In this document: in pieces, positions 1 through 10,615 of the stretch
How positions within the stretch are numbered: the first letter of the stretch is position 1
Layout: the number at the start of each line of letters is the position of its first letter
Assembly (NCBI GenBank): GCA_963754655.1
Contig: CAVWGN010000001.1
Location: 1,568,001 to 1,632,000 of the forward strand
Source of the DNA: an uncultured Chlamydiae bacterium
GTDB lineage: Bacteria > Chlamydiota > Chlamydiia > Chlamydiales > Parachlamydiaceae
Direction of reading: 5' to 3'
Length of the DNA stretch: 64,000 bases
The notes under the pieces: model-generated
Seen by the model: only the letters and a program-made list of their open reading frames with translations
Told to the model about the DNA's origin: nothing
Databases searched by the model: none
Made by a program: the position numbers and the translations under genes

Positions 1-193
1 CTACCTGTCTGATTCGTTTAATCTCTCCTTAGTCTTTCAATTAACATGCCAAACTTTAAGATAATCCTAAAATTTTTTTTAAAGCCTGATTGACAATTAT
101 TAAAAACTTTATAAACTTCTGCTTTACTATGAGAAGAATTTGCGTTTAAAATTTTGGCCTCTCCCTATCAGGCTCTCTTTAAGGAAGACTTAA

Positions 194-979
194 ATGAAAT
201 TCACTTTTTATCTTTATGGTTTAATTGGATGCTTGCTGATTTCTAGCTTTTTACCAGCCAAACAATGGGTTCAAACATATGCATTAGAAGCTTATGTAGG
301 GCCTGAAATCTATTATATGAATCGAACAAAAGAAGGAGGAGCTCAGCAATCTGGCATTTTGTATGGTGTACGGATTGGATATGACCACATTCATCGTTAT
401 AAATTCTACTGGGGTCTAGATGCTTTATGGGCGACTGGCATCTTAAACGGAAAAAATCAAGAGACACATCTCAAATCAAAGTTTACTGATATGAATGTGG
501 AAGCTCGTATAGGATATACTTTTCAAAGTAAAAATTGGCATTGTGCCTCTTTTACTCCTTATATAGGAGGAGGATATTTTTGGGAGAATAATGATTATCA
601 GCATCCTTCTCCTTTGCCAGTCCACTTTAAAAATCGATTTTCCTATCTTCCCATTGGATTTATTTCCCAAATTTTCATAACTCCTCGTTGGAGTATTGGA
701 GCGAATTTTAAAGTAAGATATCTTTTAGAAGCCGAACAATACGTGACGCATGATCCAAAACATAAGAATCTGACACAAAATTATGAAGAAAGGCTCCAAT
801 ATCGAGCTGAGATTCCAGTGACCTATTTTTTTTGTTGGGGAAAGAATTCTTTAGCAGTCAGTTTAGTTCCTTTTTATGAATATCGCTCTTATGGGCATCG
901 TGCAAATTTTCCCTTTGATTTTTTGGAAACCCAATTAAAACTTTATGGAGCAACACTTAAATTACTTTATCTTTTCTAG
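194..979 (+). CDS. Outer-membrane beta-barrel protein (autotransporter-beta-like)
   Basis: N-terminal signal peptide, alternating aromatic/Gly beta strands (ARIGYTF, FTPYIGGGY), C-terminal YxF BAM-type motif (LKLLYLF). Confidence 0.65.
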   Translation: MKFTFYLYGLIGCLLISSFLPAKQWVQTYALEAYVGPEIYYMNRTKEGGAQQSGILYGVRIGYDHIHRYKFYWGLDALWATGILNGKNQETHLKSKFTDMNVEARIGYTFQSKNWHCASFTPYIGGGYFWENNDYQHPSPLPVHFKNRFSYLPIGFISQIFITPRWSIGANFKVRYLLEAEQYVTHDPKHKNLTQNYEERLQYRAEIPVTYFFCWGKNSLAVSLVPFYEYRSYGHRANFPFDFLETQLKLYGATLKLLYLF

Positions 980-1091
980 GTTCCCCATAGATTTTCCTAA
1001 AATTAAAATTCTGCTTGATTCATTCTCACGCATCTTATATAGGTTCAGCCAAATCCTTTGGATAAGCCGGTCTTAAACATTTAGAGCACTG

Positions 1092-1203
1092 AGGACTCGT
1101 TTACAGAGTGTCTGCCTATTAGGGATGGCTTTAAACGTCTTATGCGTTAAGGTAACACGTTTAAAGTCATCCCTAATAGGCAGACACTCTGTAAACGAGT
1201 CCT
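1092..1203. repeat. Intergenic palindrome, 47-bp arms with 18-nt loop
   Basis: aggactcgtttacagagtgtctgcctattagggatggctttaaacgt (1092-1138) is the reverse complement of 1157-1203 with one mismatch. Confidence 0.95.
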
Positions 1204-1216
1204 ACGAAATCATTAC

Positions 1217-1981
1217 ATGGAGAGAGTGATGAAAAATATACAACATGCGATGTTAGGCATTTTGCTCATGGGAGGGTCAATTCCTCAACCTGTTTTAAGC
1301 AATAGCGTAATGATAGAAAATTCTTCTGGAGAGAGCATTGAATTGGGTATAGATGTCAATGATCGATTTTTAGATGTGCTCAATCAGATTCAAGCTTATT
1401 TTCAAGAAGAAAGCTGCATGATGAAAGATCATGAGCAGATACCTGAAACTTCAAACTTCGTTCAGGGAATTTCATGGCGTGATCCACAGTGGAATCTCCT
1501 TGTTTCTCATGCAGGACTTACTGCACGAGCAAAAAACTGGCGTGATTATCAGGCGAGTGTTTCTAAAAAAGAAAAAGAGAACATTGTCTATATTATGCGA
1601 ACTCTTGCAAGTGAGTCCTTGATAAGCATTGGCAAAAAAAAATCTTCTTTAAAGTCAGCTGGCGATCATATTGATCATCTTCATCCTTTTCGATTTTTGA
1701 TTACAGTTTTTACAGATGAAGAGTTAAAAGCGAGAATTGCTGCCATTCGGGATAGGGGAGGATGGGTAGGCGATGGTTTTTTTGATGGAATTACTAAAAG
1801 TTTAAAAGATGAGGCTGCTCACGGGAATCTGCTTCAATTTACTCAGGATTTTGCTACACAGGTTAACATTGATAGTGAGTTAATTTCTTCTTCTTTGCAG
1901 CAGGGCAAATGGAAGGAATTTGTGAGTATTTTAATTGATAAGATTCCTCGTGAAATAGATCCCAAACGTTATGATATGTAA
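1217..1981 (+). CDS. Hypothetical exported protein, chlamydial-type
   Basis: 254-aa ORF with a signal-like N-terminus; no family recognised with certainty. Confidence 0.6.
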   Translation: MERVMKNIQHAMLGILLMGGSIPQPVLSNSVMIENSSGESIELGIDVNDRFLDVLNQIQAYFQEESCMMKDHEQIPETSNFVQGISWRDPQWNLLVSHAGLTARAKNWRDYQASVSKKEKENIVYIMRTLASESLISIGKKKSSLKSAGDHIDHLHPFRFLITVFTDEELKARIAAIRDRGGWVGDGFFDGITKSLKDEAAHGNLLQFTQDFATQVNIDSELISSSLQQGKWKEFVSILIDKIPREIDPKRYDM

Positions 1982-2081
1982 AGAGGCTTCTTAAATTAAT
2001 CAGCATATGATTTAAAAGAGATTTTTTTAGGGAGAGTCCCGAAAGGATATAAAGATTTTCTTCTTTTAATTTTAAAAGGAA

Positions 2082-3230
2082 ATGAGCATGACTAATTTTT
2101 TTTCTCTTTTGCGCTATAGTTTTGGAAATGAGGACTGGAGGACAGAAGAAGAGGCGTTAGATATTCAACCCGAAGATCAGGTATTATGCATTACAGCAAG
2201 CGGAGATCGTCCTCTTAACTTGCTTATGCGCGAATGTCAAAAAATTGTTTGTGTAGATGCTAATCGCGTGCAAAATCATCTTTTACAGCTTAAGGTTGCT
2301 GCCATGCATGTGCTAGATTATCAGAACTATTTGGCTTTTTTAGGAGCGCAGCCTGGAAAGGAAAGAAAGCAAACTCTTCAGCTTCTTCTTTCTCATATGG
2401 ATCAAGAAGCTTCGCGATTTTGGCTAAAGCACCACAAAATGGTGACAAAAGGAGTTTTATATCAAGGATCCGTCGAGCGCTTAACAAGAATTACAGCGAA
2501 ATTGTTTGCCCTTACGAGAGGAAAAAAAGTCAAACGCCTATTTTCCATGAATAATATCGAAGAACAGAGAAAATTTTTAAAAGAAGAATGGGATAGTTAT
2601 ATTTTACGAAAAATTTTTAACGTTATACTCAATTCTTTTCTTTCTCGTTTTATCATTAAAGATCCAGGCTTGACAAACTATAGTTCTGATATAAAACCTG
2701 GCAGTTATATTTATGACCGTATCCATGCAAGTCTTGAGAAAGAACTTGCGAAAAAAAATCCTCTTCTTTCTCTTCTTATAAGAGGAAAGGTCTCTCACGA
2801 AGCTTTTTCACCCTATCTAACAGAAAGAGGAACACAAACGATTAAGCCCCGCCTTTCAACTTTGGAGATTCAAACAACAGATGTAATCGATTATTTAGAA
2901 TCTCTTTCAGAGCCAACTTTTGATGTTTTTTCTTTATCAGACGTTGCTTCATATTTAAGCTATTCCAATTTTATCCGGTTGTTAAAGGGAATGCTTAAAA
3001 CAGCAAAACCAGGTGCACGATTTTGCCTACGCCAATTTTTATCTTCTTATGAGGTTCCTTCTAATCTTCAAAATTATTTTGTACGTGATAAATCTTTGGA
3101 AAAACGTTTAGAACGTCTGGATAATTGCTTCGTTTATCGTTTTATGGTAGGCACAATTGTCGTCTCCCCAGTTGCTCATCGCAGCCATAAAAAAAAACAC
3201 CTGGCCAAAGTATGGAAATCTAAAGGATAA
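2082..3230 (+). CDS. DUF3419/BtaA-like SAM:diacylglycerol 3-amino-3-carboxypropyltransferase
   Basis: Motifs NEDWRTE, VLCITASGD..LNLL, VDAN..QNHLLQLK.AA and C-terminal FDVFSLSDV are typical of BtaA/DUF3419. Confidence 0.75.
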   Translation: MSMTNFFSLLRYSFGNEDWRTEEEALDIQPEDQVLCITASGDRPLNLLMRECQKIVCVDANRVQNHLLQLKVAAMHVLDYQNYLAFLGAQPGKERKQTLQLLLSHMDQEASRFWLKHHKMVTKGVLYQGSVERLTRITAKLFALTRGKKVKRLFSMNNIEEQRKFLKEEWDSYILRKIFNVILNSFLSRFIIKDPGLTNYSSDIKPGSYIYDRIHASLEKELAKKNPLLSLLIRGKVSHEAFSPYLTERGTQTIKPRLSTLEIQTTDVIDYLESLSEPTFDVFSLSDVASYLSYSNFIRLLKGMLKTAKPGARFCLRQFLSSYEVPSNLQNYFVRDKSLEKRLERLDNCFVYRFMVGTIVVSPVAHRSHKKKHLAKVWKSKG

Positions 3231-3391
3231 CACCTCTATCCCCGGGAGAAGCTCTGCCCTAAATGTCATTCCTTTATCTGCCAAGATAAAGGAAAAAGGC
3301 ATTGAATTTAAATTAGTTTAAAAACACTCTTGTATCTCAAAATTCATATTAGGTAAAATGTTTAACGAGATTTTATTATCAGGGGTGAAAT

Positions 3392-4381
3392 ATGATTATC
3401 GTGCAGGCACAAGAAAAGTCTAAGGTTCAACAACATCAATTATCAAATCTTCTAAAATCCGTCCAAAGTAAGATCATTGGACAACATGACCTAATTGAAC
3501 AGATCCTCGTCTGTCTTCTGGCTGATGGTCATATTCTCATTGAGGGAATGCCAGGACTAGCCAAAACACGCTCAGCAAAAGCAATCGCTGATGGGATAGA
3601 AGGAGAATTTCATCGTATTCAATTTACTCCCGATCTTTTACCCTCAGACCTCATTGGAACTGAAATTTATATTCATGAAAAAAGCGATTTTATCTTTCGC
3701 AAAGGCCCTCTGTTTAACAATATTCTATTGGCGGATGAAATTAATCGTGCTCCGGCAAAGGTGCAGTCTGCACTTTTAGAAGCCATGGAAGAAAAACAAG
3801 TGACAGTGGGACATAAAAGTTATGCTCTTCCCGAATTGTATATGGTGATTGCGACTCAAAACCCTATTGAGCAAGAGGGAACATATCAACTTCCAGAAGC
3901 ACAGCTTGATAGATTCTTGATGCATCTTGAAGTTAGCTATCCTAACCAACAAGAAGAATTGCTCATCTTGGAACTCGATGAGAAAAGACAAAACAATACC
4001 CATTCCCCTGTTTTGCCTGTTACGACGAAGGAAGAGGTTTTACATGCACGACAAGCGGTCTCTAGTCTCTTTGTTTCAGAAAATTTGAAAAAATATGTCG
4101 TCTCGCTTGTCACTGCTACTCGAACCCCTGAGAAATATGATCGCGAGCTTGCCAAGTGGATTGACTATGGCGCTTCTCCTCGTGCGACAATCGCGATGAT
4201 TCGCTGTGCTAAGGCGCTTGCTTGGCTCAGAGGAGATGAATATGTCACGCCCCTCCATATCCATAGCGTGGCTCCGCCCATTTTGAGACATCGCATTATC
4301 CCTACTTTTGAATCGGAAGCGGATGGGATTTCAAGAAACGATATTGTAAGAAAATTACTGAAAGTTGTTGCTATTCCCTGA
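3392..4381 (+). CDS. moxR: MoxR family AAA+ ATPase
   Basis: Walker A GMPGLAKT, RIQFTPDLLPSD, LLADEINRA, ATQNPIEQEGTYQLPEAQLDRF. Confidence 0.95.
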   Translation: MIIVQAQEKSKVQQHQLSNLLKSVQSKIIGQHDLIEQILVCLLADGHILIEGMPGLAKTRSAKAIADGIEGEFHRIQFTPDLLPSDLIGTEIYIHEKSDFIFRKGPLFNNILLADEINRAPAKVQSALLEAMEEKQVTVGHKSYALPELYMVIATQNPIEQEGTYQLPEAQLDRFLMHLEVSYPNQQEELLILELDEKRQNNTHSPVLPVTTKEEVLHARQAVSSLFVSENLKKYVVSLVTATRTPEKYDRELAKWIDYGASPRATIAMIRCAKALAWLRGDEYVTPLHIHSVAPPILRHRIIPTFESEADGISRNDIVRKLLKVVAIP

Positions 4382-4388
4382 GGCTTGC

Positions 4389-5303
4389 ATGCTCTATCCT
4401 GATTTTAATGATTTAGTTGCGTTGAAAGAGCGGAAATTTAATTTGCGGCATCTTTCTCACCGATCGGTTAAATCCATTGTTAGCGGAAGTCATCATTCTC
4501 CTTTCCGCGGTCAAGGCTTGGAATTTGATTCTGTCAGAGAATATGTTCCCGGCGATGATATACGGAATCTGGATTGGCGAGTAACCGCCAGAACGGGAGC
4601 TCCGCACCTCAAGATTTTTAAAGAGGAGCGTGAGCGGCATATTATCCTCTGTGTCGATATGAATGCGACCATGCGATTTGGGACTAAACAGACATTTAAA
4701 TCGGTTCAAGCTGCTCGCGTAGCAGCACTTCTAGGATGGCGAGGAATCGATCATCATGATCGAGTGAGTGCATGCCTTTTTGGCGATGTTTGTGGTGGAA
4801 TTCAGATTTTCGCGCCTAAGCGTACTCGCAAATCTCTATGCGCTATCTTAAAAATGCTGTCCACGCCTCCCTCTGAGATGCATCGCATTCCATTAGAAAC
4901 TATTTTTAAACCTATTGATCAGGCTGCACATACAGGTTCCCTGATTTATTTCATCAGCGATTTTATGGAAATCAATGAAAATTTTCAAAATCAGGCTGGA
5001 ATAAGTCGACTGAGAAAAAGATGCGAACTCACTTTTATTGCGATCAATGACCCAGCAGACAAAGCAATCTTTCCAGTTGGGACACTTGGATTTTGCGCTA
5101 GCGGTACAGAAAAAATCACTGTCAATACTGCGAGCATGGCGGGAAGAGAAGCTTATGCGACTCAATGGCAAAAGAATCGACAACAATTAGAGGGAATAGC
5201 CTCTAGTTTAAAGATCCCACTCTTAGAATTAACAACTGAGTCAGATGTTCAACGAGAGCTGATGCTGGGACTGAAAAAGATTGCCAAAAGGAAAAAACGA
5301 TGA
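4389..5303 (+). CDS. DUF58 domain protein (MoxR-associated)
   Basis: GQGLEFDSVREYVPGDDIRNLDWRVTAR; ATG 4389 preferred over the track start at 4365. Confidence 0.92.
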   Translation: MLYPDFNDLVALKERKFNLRHLSHRSVKSIVSGSHHSPFRGQGLEFDSVREYVPGDDIRNLDWRVTARTGAPHLKIFKEERERHIILCVDMNATMRFGTKQTFKSVQAARVAALLGWRGIDHHDRVSACLFGDVCGGIQIFAPKRTRKSLCAILKMLSTPPSEMHRIPLETIFKPIDQAAHTGSLIYFISDFMEINENFQNQAGISRLRKRCELTFIAINDPADKAIFPVGTLGFCASGTEKITVNTASMAGREAYATQWQKNRQQLEGIASSLKIPLLELTTESDVQRELMLGLKKIAKRKKR

Positions 5304-5770
5304 ATCCTCTACTCGAAAAGTTGCACGATATCGAAGGCTTGGATCCTATTAGTTGGTGGCCTCTGGCTATTGGCTGGTGGATTCTTATCATGATTGCGAT
5401 TTTCCTAGTATGTGCAATTGCCTATTTGACGGCTTATCGACTTGCATTTAAGCGTAGTTGGAAAAACGATACTTTTCAGAAGTTGCTTCAATTGGAAAAG
5501 AATCTGACAGATGCCACTGCTAGAGAGACCATTATAACCCTTTCCGAGTATTTGCGCCGCATTGTTCTTCAGCGCTTTTCCAGGGAAGAGTGTGCAGGAT
5601 TAATGGGGGAGGCTTGGTTAAAATGGCTTACAGCGCATGATCCCAAGAATTTTGATTGGGAAAAGAAAGGAACTGTCTTGATAGAAGTGCCTTATGCTCC
5701 TGGCAATCTTGCGCTATCAACTTGCCAAATTAAAAATTTAATACAAGCTGTTAGACAGTGGGTGCGTTAA
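5300..5770 (+). CDS. DUF4381 membrane protein
   Basis: LHDI..PISWWPLAIGWW plus TM helix, GEAWLKWL; typical position in bat operons. Confidence 0.88.
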   Translation: MNPLLEKLHDIEGLDPISWWPLAIGWWILIMIAIFLVCAIAYLTAYRLAFKRSWKNDTFQKLLQLEKNLTDATARETIITLSEYLRRIVLQRFSREECAGLMGEAWLKWLTAHDPKNFDWEKKGTVLIEVPYAPGNLALSTCQIKNLIQAVRQWVR

Positions 5771-6781
5771 ATGTTTCACTTTTATTGGCCTTGGTTTGCC
5801 CTCCTCCTTCCCTTACCCTTTCTTGTTAGGTGGCTTGGTTTATCAACAAGAAAAATTGAACAGGGTGGATTCCCTGATATTCATTTCCCAGCGCTTGATC
5901 GATTAAAAAATGCTTTTCCGATTGATGATGCCTCAGCTAAACGATCAAATAAGCTGTTTTTGATCCTTCTTTCCTTGTGTTGGTTTCTATTGGTCATTGC
6001 TTTAATGCAGCCGGAAAAGGTGGATCAATTCACCCAAGTTAACAACAAGGGGCATGATCTTATGCTGGCTGTTGACCTATCAGCTTCAATGCAAGCTGTT
6101 GATTTCTCGACACAATTGAAGACTGTTAGTCGCTTGGATGCCACTAAAGAGGTTGTTGGGAAGTTTGTTTTGGGTAGAAAAGGGGATCGTATCGGACTTA
6201 TCACTTTTGGTGAAAACGCTTATCTGCATGTGCCTCTTACGCTTGATACAGTCTCTGTTAGCCGTATGTTAAACGATACGGTCTCTGGCATGGCAGGCAG
6301 CGCAACAGCAATTGGCGATGCCATCGGTTTGAGTGTTCGAACCCTGCGTGAGCGTCCTGAAGGTTCTCGCGTTCTTGTGCTACTTACTGATGGAGAAGAT
6401 AATTCTAGCAGCATTCCTCCTTTGGAGGCAGCAAAGCTTGCCAAACAGTATGGCATTCGAATCTATACGATCGGCATTGGAAAAAAAGGCCTTGTTCCTT
6501 TCCCAAGGAAGTTTGGCGGGTATGGTATGGCAGAAGTCTCAATAGATGAGGAATTATTAAAAGAAATTGCAGCCTTAACTGATGGACACTATTTCTTGGC
6601 CACAGACCAAAAGGCATTGGAATCCATTTATCGTCAAATCGATGAATTGGAAAAAACCGAATCTAATCAAACTGTATTTTTAATTCGAGAACCCCTCTAC
6701 TACATTCCATTAGGTTTAGCGATGGGTCTTTTGCTTTCCCTCACTTTATTTCAGCTTAGGAGAACAGCCAGTGGATCTTAG
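5771..6781 (+). CDS. batA: BatA-type VWA domain protein
   Basis: N-terminal TM helices, MIDAS DLSASM, TAIGDAIG, LLTDGEDN, IYTIGIG. Confidence 0.9.
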   Translation: MFHFYWPWFALLLPLPFLVRWLGLSTRKIEQGGFPDIHFPALDRLKNAFPIDDASAKRSNKLFLILLSLCWFLLVIALMQPEKVDQFTQVNNKGHDLMLAVDLSASMQAVDFSTQLKTVSRLDATKEVVGKFVLGRKGDRIGLITFGENAYLHVPLTLDTVSVSRMLNDTVSGMAGSATAIGDAIGLSVRTLRERPEGSRVLVLLTDGEDNSSSIPPLEAAKLAKQYGIRIYTIGIGKKGLVPFPRKFGGYGMAEVSIDEELLKEIAALTDGHYFLATDQKALESIYRQIDELEKTESNQTVFLIREPLYYIPLGLAMGLLLSLTLFQLRRTASGS

Positions 6782-8606
6782 TCATCTGCATTTTACTTAT
6801 CCTTTATGGCTGTGGGGATTTGTCGTCATTCCTTTTGTCGGGATGATTTTTTTTCTTTTTTATCGCAAACAGGCCGCCTTTCATCAATTAGAAAAGTTTA
6901 TAGATAAGCATCTTCTCCCTTATTTGCTGGTCAATAAGGGGAATCAAAAACGTTCTCCTTGGAAAAGCCTCCTTTTGTGGTCCGTTGCTTGGTCGTGTTT
7001 GACTCTAGCGCTTGCAGGGCCAAGGTGGAGCTTTCGAGAAATTGAAACCTTTTCACGCGATCAAAGTCTGGTGATATTACTTGACTTATCAGAGTCAATG
7101 AATGCAACAGATATTAAACCTTCACGACTTGTGCGCGCAAAGCAAAAGATTGAGGATGTCATTAACCTTTCTAAAGGGGTTAAAATAGGACTCATCGCAT
7201 TTGCGGCAGACCCTCATATGATTGCCCCTCTAACAGATGATAAAGAGACCATCCATCATCTTCTGCCTCCGCTTGAAACTGATTTAGCCTATATACAAGG
7301 TAGCAGATTATCGTCAGCTCTTGAAATGGCATCGAATATGTTAGAGGCCGAACCTGGTCATAATAAAGCTCTCTTAATCATTAGCGATGGAGGTTTTGAA
7401 GATGCAAGCGCTATCAAAACAGTAAAAAAACTTGCAGACCAAGGGCTTGTGATTCATGCCATGGGAGCCGGCACTGCTGATGGCGCTTTCCTGTTAGATC
7501 ATAAAGGAAATATCATTAAAAAAAATGGCTCTCCTATGATTTCTAAGCTACAGAAAGAGACACTCAATGAGATCAGCATAGCCGGAAATGGACGTTATTT
7601 AGAAATGCATTATTCCGATCAGGAAGAAAAAATGATCTTACAAGAACTTGAAAAACGTGCCGATATGCAAATGAAGTTAGGACAAAAGCATCAATTGTGG
7701 GATGAGCATTTTTATTTATTCATTCTCCCAGCCCTGCCCATTATCTTGTGGTGGTTGAGGAGAGGATATCTATTTGCTATGTTTTTGATGATTCTCACTC
7801 CCACTTTGACAATTGAAGCATCTTCTATTGGCAATTATTTCAAGAATTCAGAAGAGCTTGGAAAACAAGCTATGGAGCAGGACGATTATGAAACAGCCTG
7901 TCACACATTTCAAGATTCTTACAGAAAAGGAGTTGCCTACTATAGAGCCGGGCAATTCGCAGAAGCGGAAAAAATGTTTCAACAATGTTCTCGCGAAGAG
8001 GTTGCTGCCAGTGCGGCCTATAACTTAGGGAATGCTCTTGTTCAACAGCAAAAACTCAAGGAGGCCATTGCTGCTTATGAAGATGTCCTAAAAAAATGGC
8101 CCGATCATACAAAAGCCAAAGAAAATCTTGAACTTGTCAAACAAATGCTAGAACAACAAAAACAACAGAACTCGGACGATCATTCTAATCAGCAGGAAGA
8201 AGAAAAGCAAAATGAGTCTGAAAATCAAAATCAGAATCAACAGAATGAAAATCAGAATGAAAGTCAGAATGAAAGTCAAGATTCGCCAGACAGTAAAGGA
8301 TCTAATACAGAGAACCAGACTCCCAATGAAAGACAAGACTCAAATGAGGCTCAGGATAAAGAGCAACAGCAAAAGAATGAGGAAGAGCAAGTCAACGAGA
8401 GTCAAGAGGGACAGCAAGAGAAACAGCAACAGGAAGAAAAATTTCAAAATGAGGCTCGTCAAGCCAAAGCTCCCAAGTCTCAAGAAGATCAAGATGCTGA
8501 TCTTTGGTTAAACCAGATTGCTAATGATCCCAAAACATTTTTGAAGAATAAATTTTATATTGAATCTAAGAAAAAGGGAACTAAAGAAGGAATTGATCCA
8601 TGGTAA
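6771..8606 (+). CDS. batB: BatB/BatC-like VWA + TPR protein with Q/E/N-rich linker
   Basis: DLSESM MIDAS, ISDGG, TPR (AAYNLGNALVQQ), low-complexity acidic/Gln tail, C-terminal DPW. Confidence 0.85.
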   Translation: MDLSHLHFTYPLWLWGFVVIPFVGMIFFLFYRKQAAFHQLEKFIDKHLLPYLLVNKGNQKRSPWKSLLLWSVAWSCLTLALAGPRWSFREIETFSRDQSLVILLDLSESMNATDIKPSRLVRAKQKIEDVINLSKGVKIGLIAFAADPHMIAPLTDDKETIHHLLPPLETDLAYIQGSRLSSALEMASNMLEAEPGHNKALLIISDGGFEDASAIKTVKKLADQGLVIHAMGAGTADGAFLLDHKGNIIKKNGSPMISKLQKETLNEISIAGNGRYLEMHYSDQEEKMILQELEKRADMQMKLGQKHQLWDEHFYLFILPALPIILWWLRRGYLFAMFLMILTPTLTIEASSIGNYFKNSEELGKQAMEQDDYETACHTFQDSYRKGVAYYRAGQFAEAEKMFQQCSREEVAASAAYNLGNALVQQQKLKEAIAAYEDVLKKWPDHTKAKENLELVKQMLEQQKQQNSDDHSNQQEEEKQNESENQNQNQQNENQNESQNESQDSPDSKGSNTENQTPNERQDSNEAQDKEQQQKNEEEQVNESQEGQQEKQQQEEKFQNEARQAKAPKSQEDQDADLWLNQIANDPKTFLKNKFYIESKKKGTKEGIDPW

Positions 8607-10102
8607 ATCGTCTATTTTTTTTATTCTTACTATTGCCTTTTTTCCTTGTTTCAGGAGAATTCATCGCAAGCGTTAATCGCAATCAAATCAAATTAGGCGA
8701 AAGTTTGACTTTAAATCTTACACTTAAAGACGCTTCCCCTAAAGGAAGTCCTACCATCGATTCATTGAAACAATCCTTTTTTATTAATTCTCAACAGCAG
8801 GCGCACAATACGGTGATGATCAATGGGCAATTCACTTCAAGCATCATATGGAAATTTGTCCTGATCCCTCAAAAAGAAGGAGAAGTGACAATTCCTTCTA
8901 TTAGCATTGACACATCTATCGGTCTCCTTTCAAGCACTCCCTTGACAATCCGAGTTATTAAAGGAGCTGCTGCTGATTCTGATTCATCTGATATAGTTGG
9001 CGTGACGTTGACCACCGATGTCAGCACGATCAACCCTTATAAAAATGAGCCTATTTTCTACACTGTCAGGCTCACTTCCAAGCGGAATTTAGCAAATATT
9101 AAAATGCAGAAGCTTAACATAGAAGATGCCATTGTAGAAGCTAATGGCGAGCCGAAAATTTATGAGAAAACTGTTGATGGAAGTAATGTCGGAGTGATCG
9201 AATTTAGTTATCTTATAACGCCTTTAAAACCGGGCTCTCTCAAAATTCCCTCCAGTCTTATCCAGGGCGATATGCTGGTAAAAAGACAGGCTCATTCTGG
9301 ATCTTTTTTTGAGGATGACTTTGATCCTTTTTCCTTTATGCAGGGATTTGGCCGCGCAAAACCCTTTGCGCTAGCATCAGAAGAAGTTGTGTTAGATGTG
9401 CAGCCAGCTTTGGCAGAGGTGACTCCTTGGCTACCGGCTAAATCATTAAACATTGAAGAAAGCTGGAATGAGGCTCAGCCATTGCAAGTAGGCGAGCCCT
9501 TGACGCGTGTTTTTAAGCTTGTTGCCGAGGGGATTAAGTCAAGTCAACTTCCCAATTTAAATGATTTGCACATTCATGATCCTCTCTTTAAAATTTATGC
9601 CGATCAACCAGAATTAGGAGAAGAAGTTAAAGAGGGCAGTGTCAAAAGTTATCGTAAAGAAGAATATACTTTAATTCCTCAGCAAGCAGGGGATTTGACA
9701 TTGCCAGAAATTTCTATCGCTTGGTGGGACTTGACTAAAAAAGAAAAAGTCATAACGCGCATTCCATCCCGCACATTGCATATTTTGCCAAGGCCTGAAA
9801 GTACAGTGAAAAGCCAAACGTCTTCCAACCTTGAAATGAATCTTTCTCCTTCTATTCCCCAGTCTATAGTCATTCAAAGGGATCCGCTATGGAATATTTT
9901 AATTGCAGCATTAACGATTTTGCTCTTGGCTGCTATTATCTGGGGAATAATGCTTCAAAAGAAAATCATGCGACTGACCAAGGATGCTGATGAGTTGAAA
10001 ACTACTCATCCTGAAAAACATCTTGTACATTTTCATCATGCAAAAGAAAGATCGTCTAAAAAAAATAAAAAGGAACAATTACCCGATCTTAATCCCACTT
10101 AG
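8600..10102 (+). CDS. batD: BatD family protein
   Basis: Signal peptide, ASVNRNQI..GE, repeated P...G.L.IP modules, C-terminal TM; last gene of the bat operon. Confidence 0.88.
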   Translation: MVNRLFFLFLLLPFFLVSGEFIASVNRNQIKLGESLTLNLTLKDASPKGSPTIDSLKQSFFINSQQQAHNTVMINGQFTSSIIWKFVLIPQKEGEVTIPSISIDTSIGLLSSTPLTIRVIKGAAADSDSSDIVGVTLTTDVSTINPYKNEPIFYTVRLTSKRNLANIKMQKLNIEDAIVEANGEPKIYEKTVDGSNVGVIEFSYLITPLKPGSLKIPSSLIQGDMLVKRQAHSGSFFEDDFDPFSFMQGFGRAKPFALASEEVVLDVQPALAEVTPWLPAKSLNIEESWNEAQPLQVGEPLTRVFKLVAEGIKSSQLPNLNDLHIHDPLFKIYADQPELGEEVKEGSVKSYRKEEYTLIPQQAGDLTLPEISIAWWDLTKKEKVITRIPSRTLHILPRPESTVKSQTSSNLEMNLSPSIPQSIVIQRDPLWNILIAALTILLLAAIIWGIMLQKKIMRLTKDADELKTTHPEKHLVHFHHAKERSSKKNKKEQLPDLNPT

Positions 10103-10141
10103 ATAAGTTAATATCCACATTCCAGGTCTGAGTACCAGCCT

Positions 10142-10615
10142 GAGAAGCTGAGCCCATTATTACCTTCGCAAACTGGTAAACAGGGAAGACCAGAAAAAAT
10201 GATCGGTTGGTAATAGAAGGGATTTTATGGTCTATAAGAACGGGAGCTCCTTGGAGAGATATGCCTTCTGAATTTGGCCACTGGCAAACGATCTATTCAA
10301 GAATGCATAACTGGACCTTAAATGGAACTTGGTCAAAAATTTGGAATGTTTTGAAAAAAAAATGCATCCCACGAATCACATATTATTGATTCTACAAGTG
10401 TTAAAGTACATCAAAATGCAATGGGAGGTTTTGGAGGAAAAACATTTAATGGAATTGGAAAGACACAAGGTGGTTGGTCAACAAGAATTCCTGTTGTAGT
10501 TAATGCTAAAGGGCAACCATTAAAAGTAAAAATTGCTCCCGGAAATAGAAACGATAATTTATTTGCTAAATCTCTATTGAAGGGCAAACGAGCAAGGAAT
10601 GTTATAGCAGATCTA
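10142..10615 (+). pseudogene. Degenerate IS5-family transposase, 5' part, interrupted by a younger IS5
   Basis: PLLP..GRP, GILWSIRTGAPWRDMPSEFGHWQTIYSR, IDST, GKTQGG; frameshifted; reading continues after the inserted element as ...VIADL|AYDTD (11458 onward). Confidence 0.85.

Noticed and set aside
8150..8500. Q/E/N low-complexity tract and overlapping ORFs
   Set aside because: Normal BatB/BatC linker; alternate-frame ORFs are compositional artefacts
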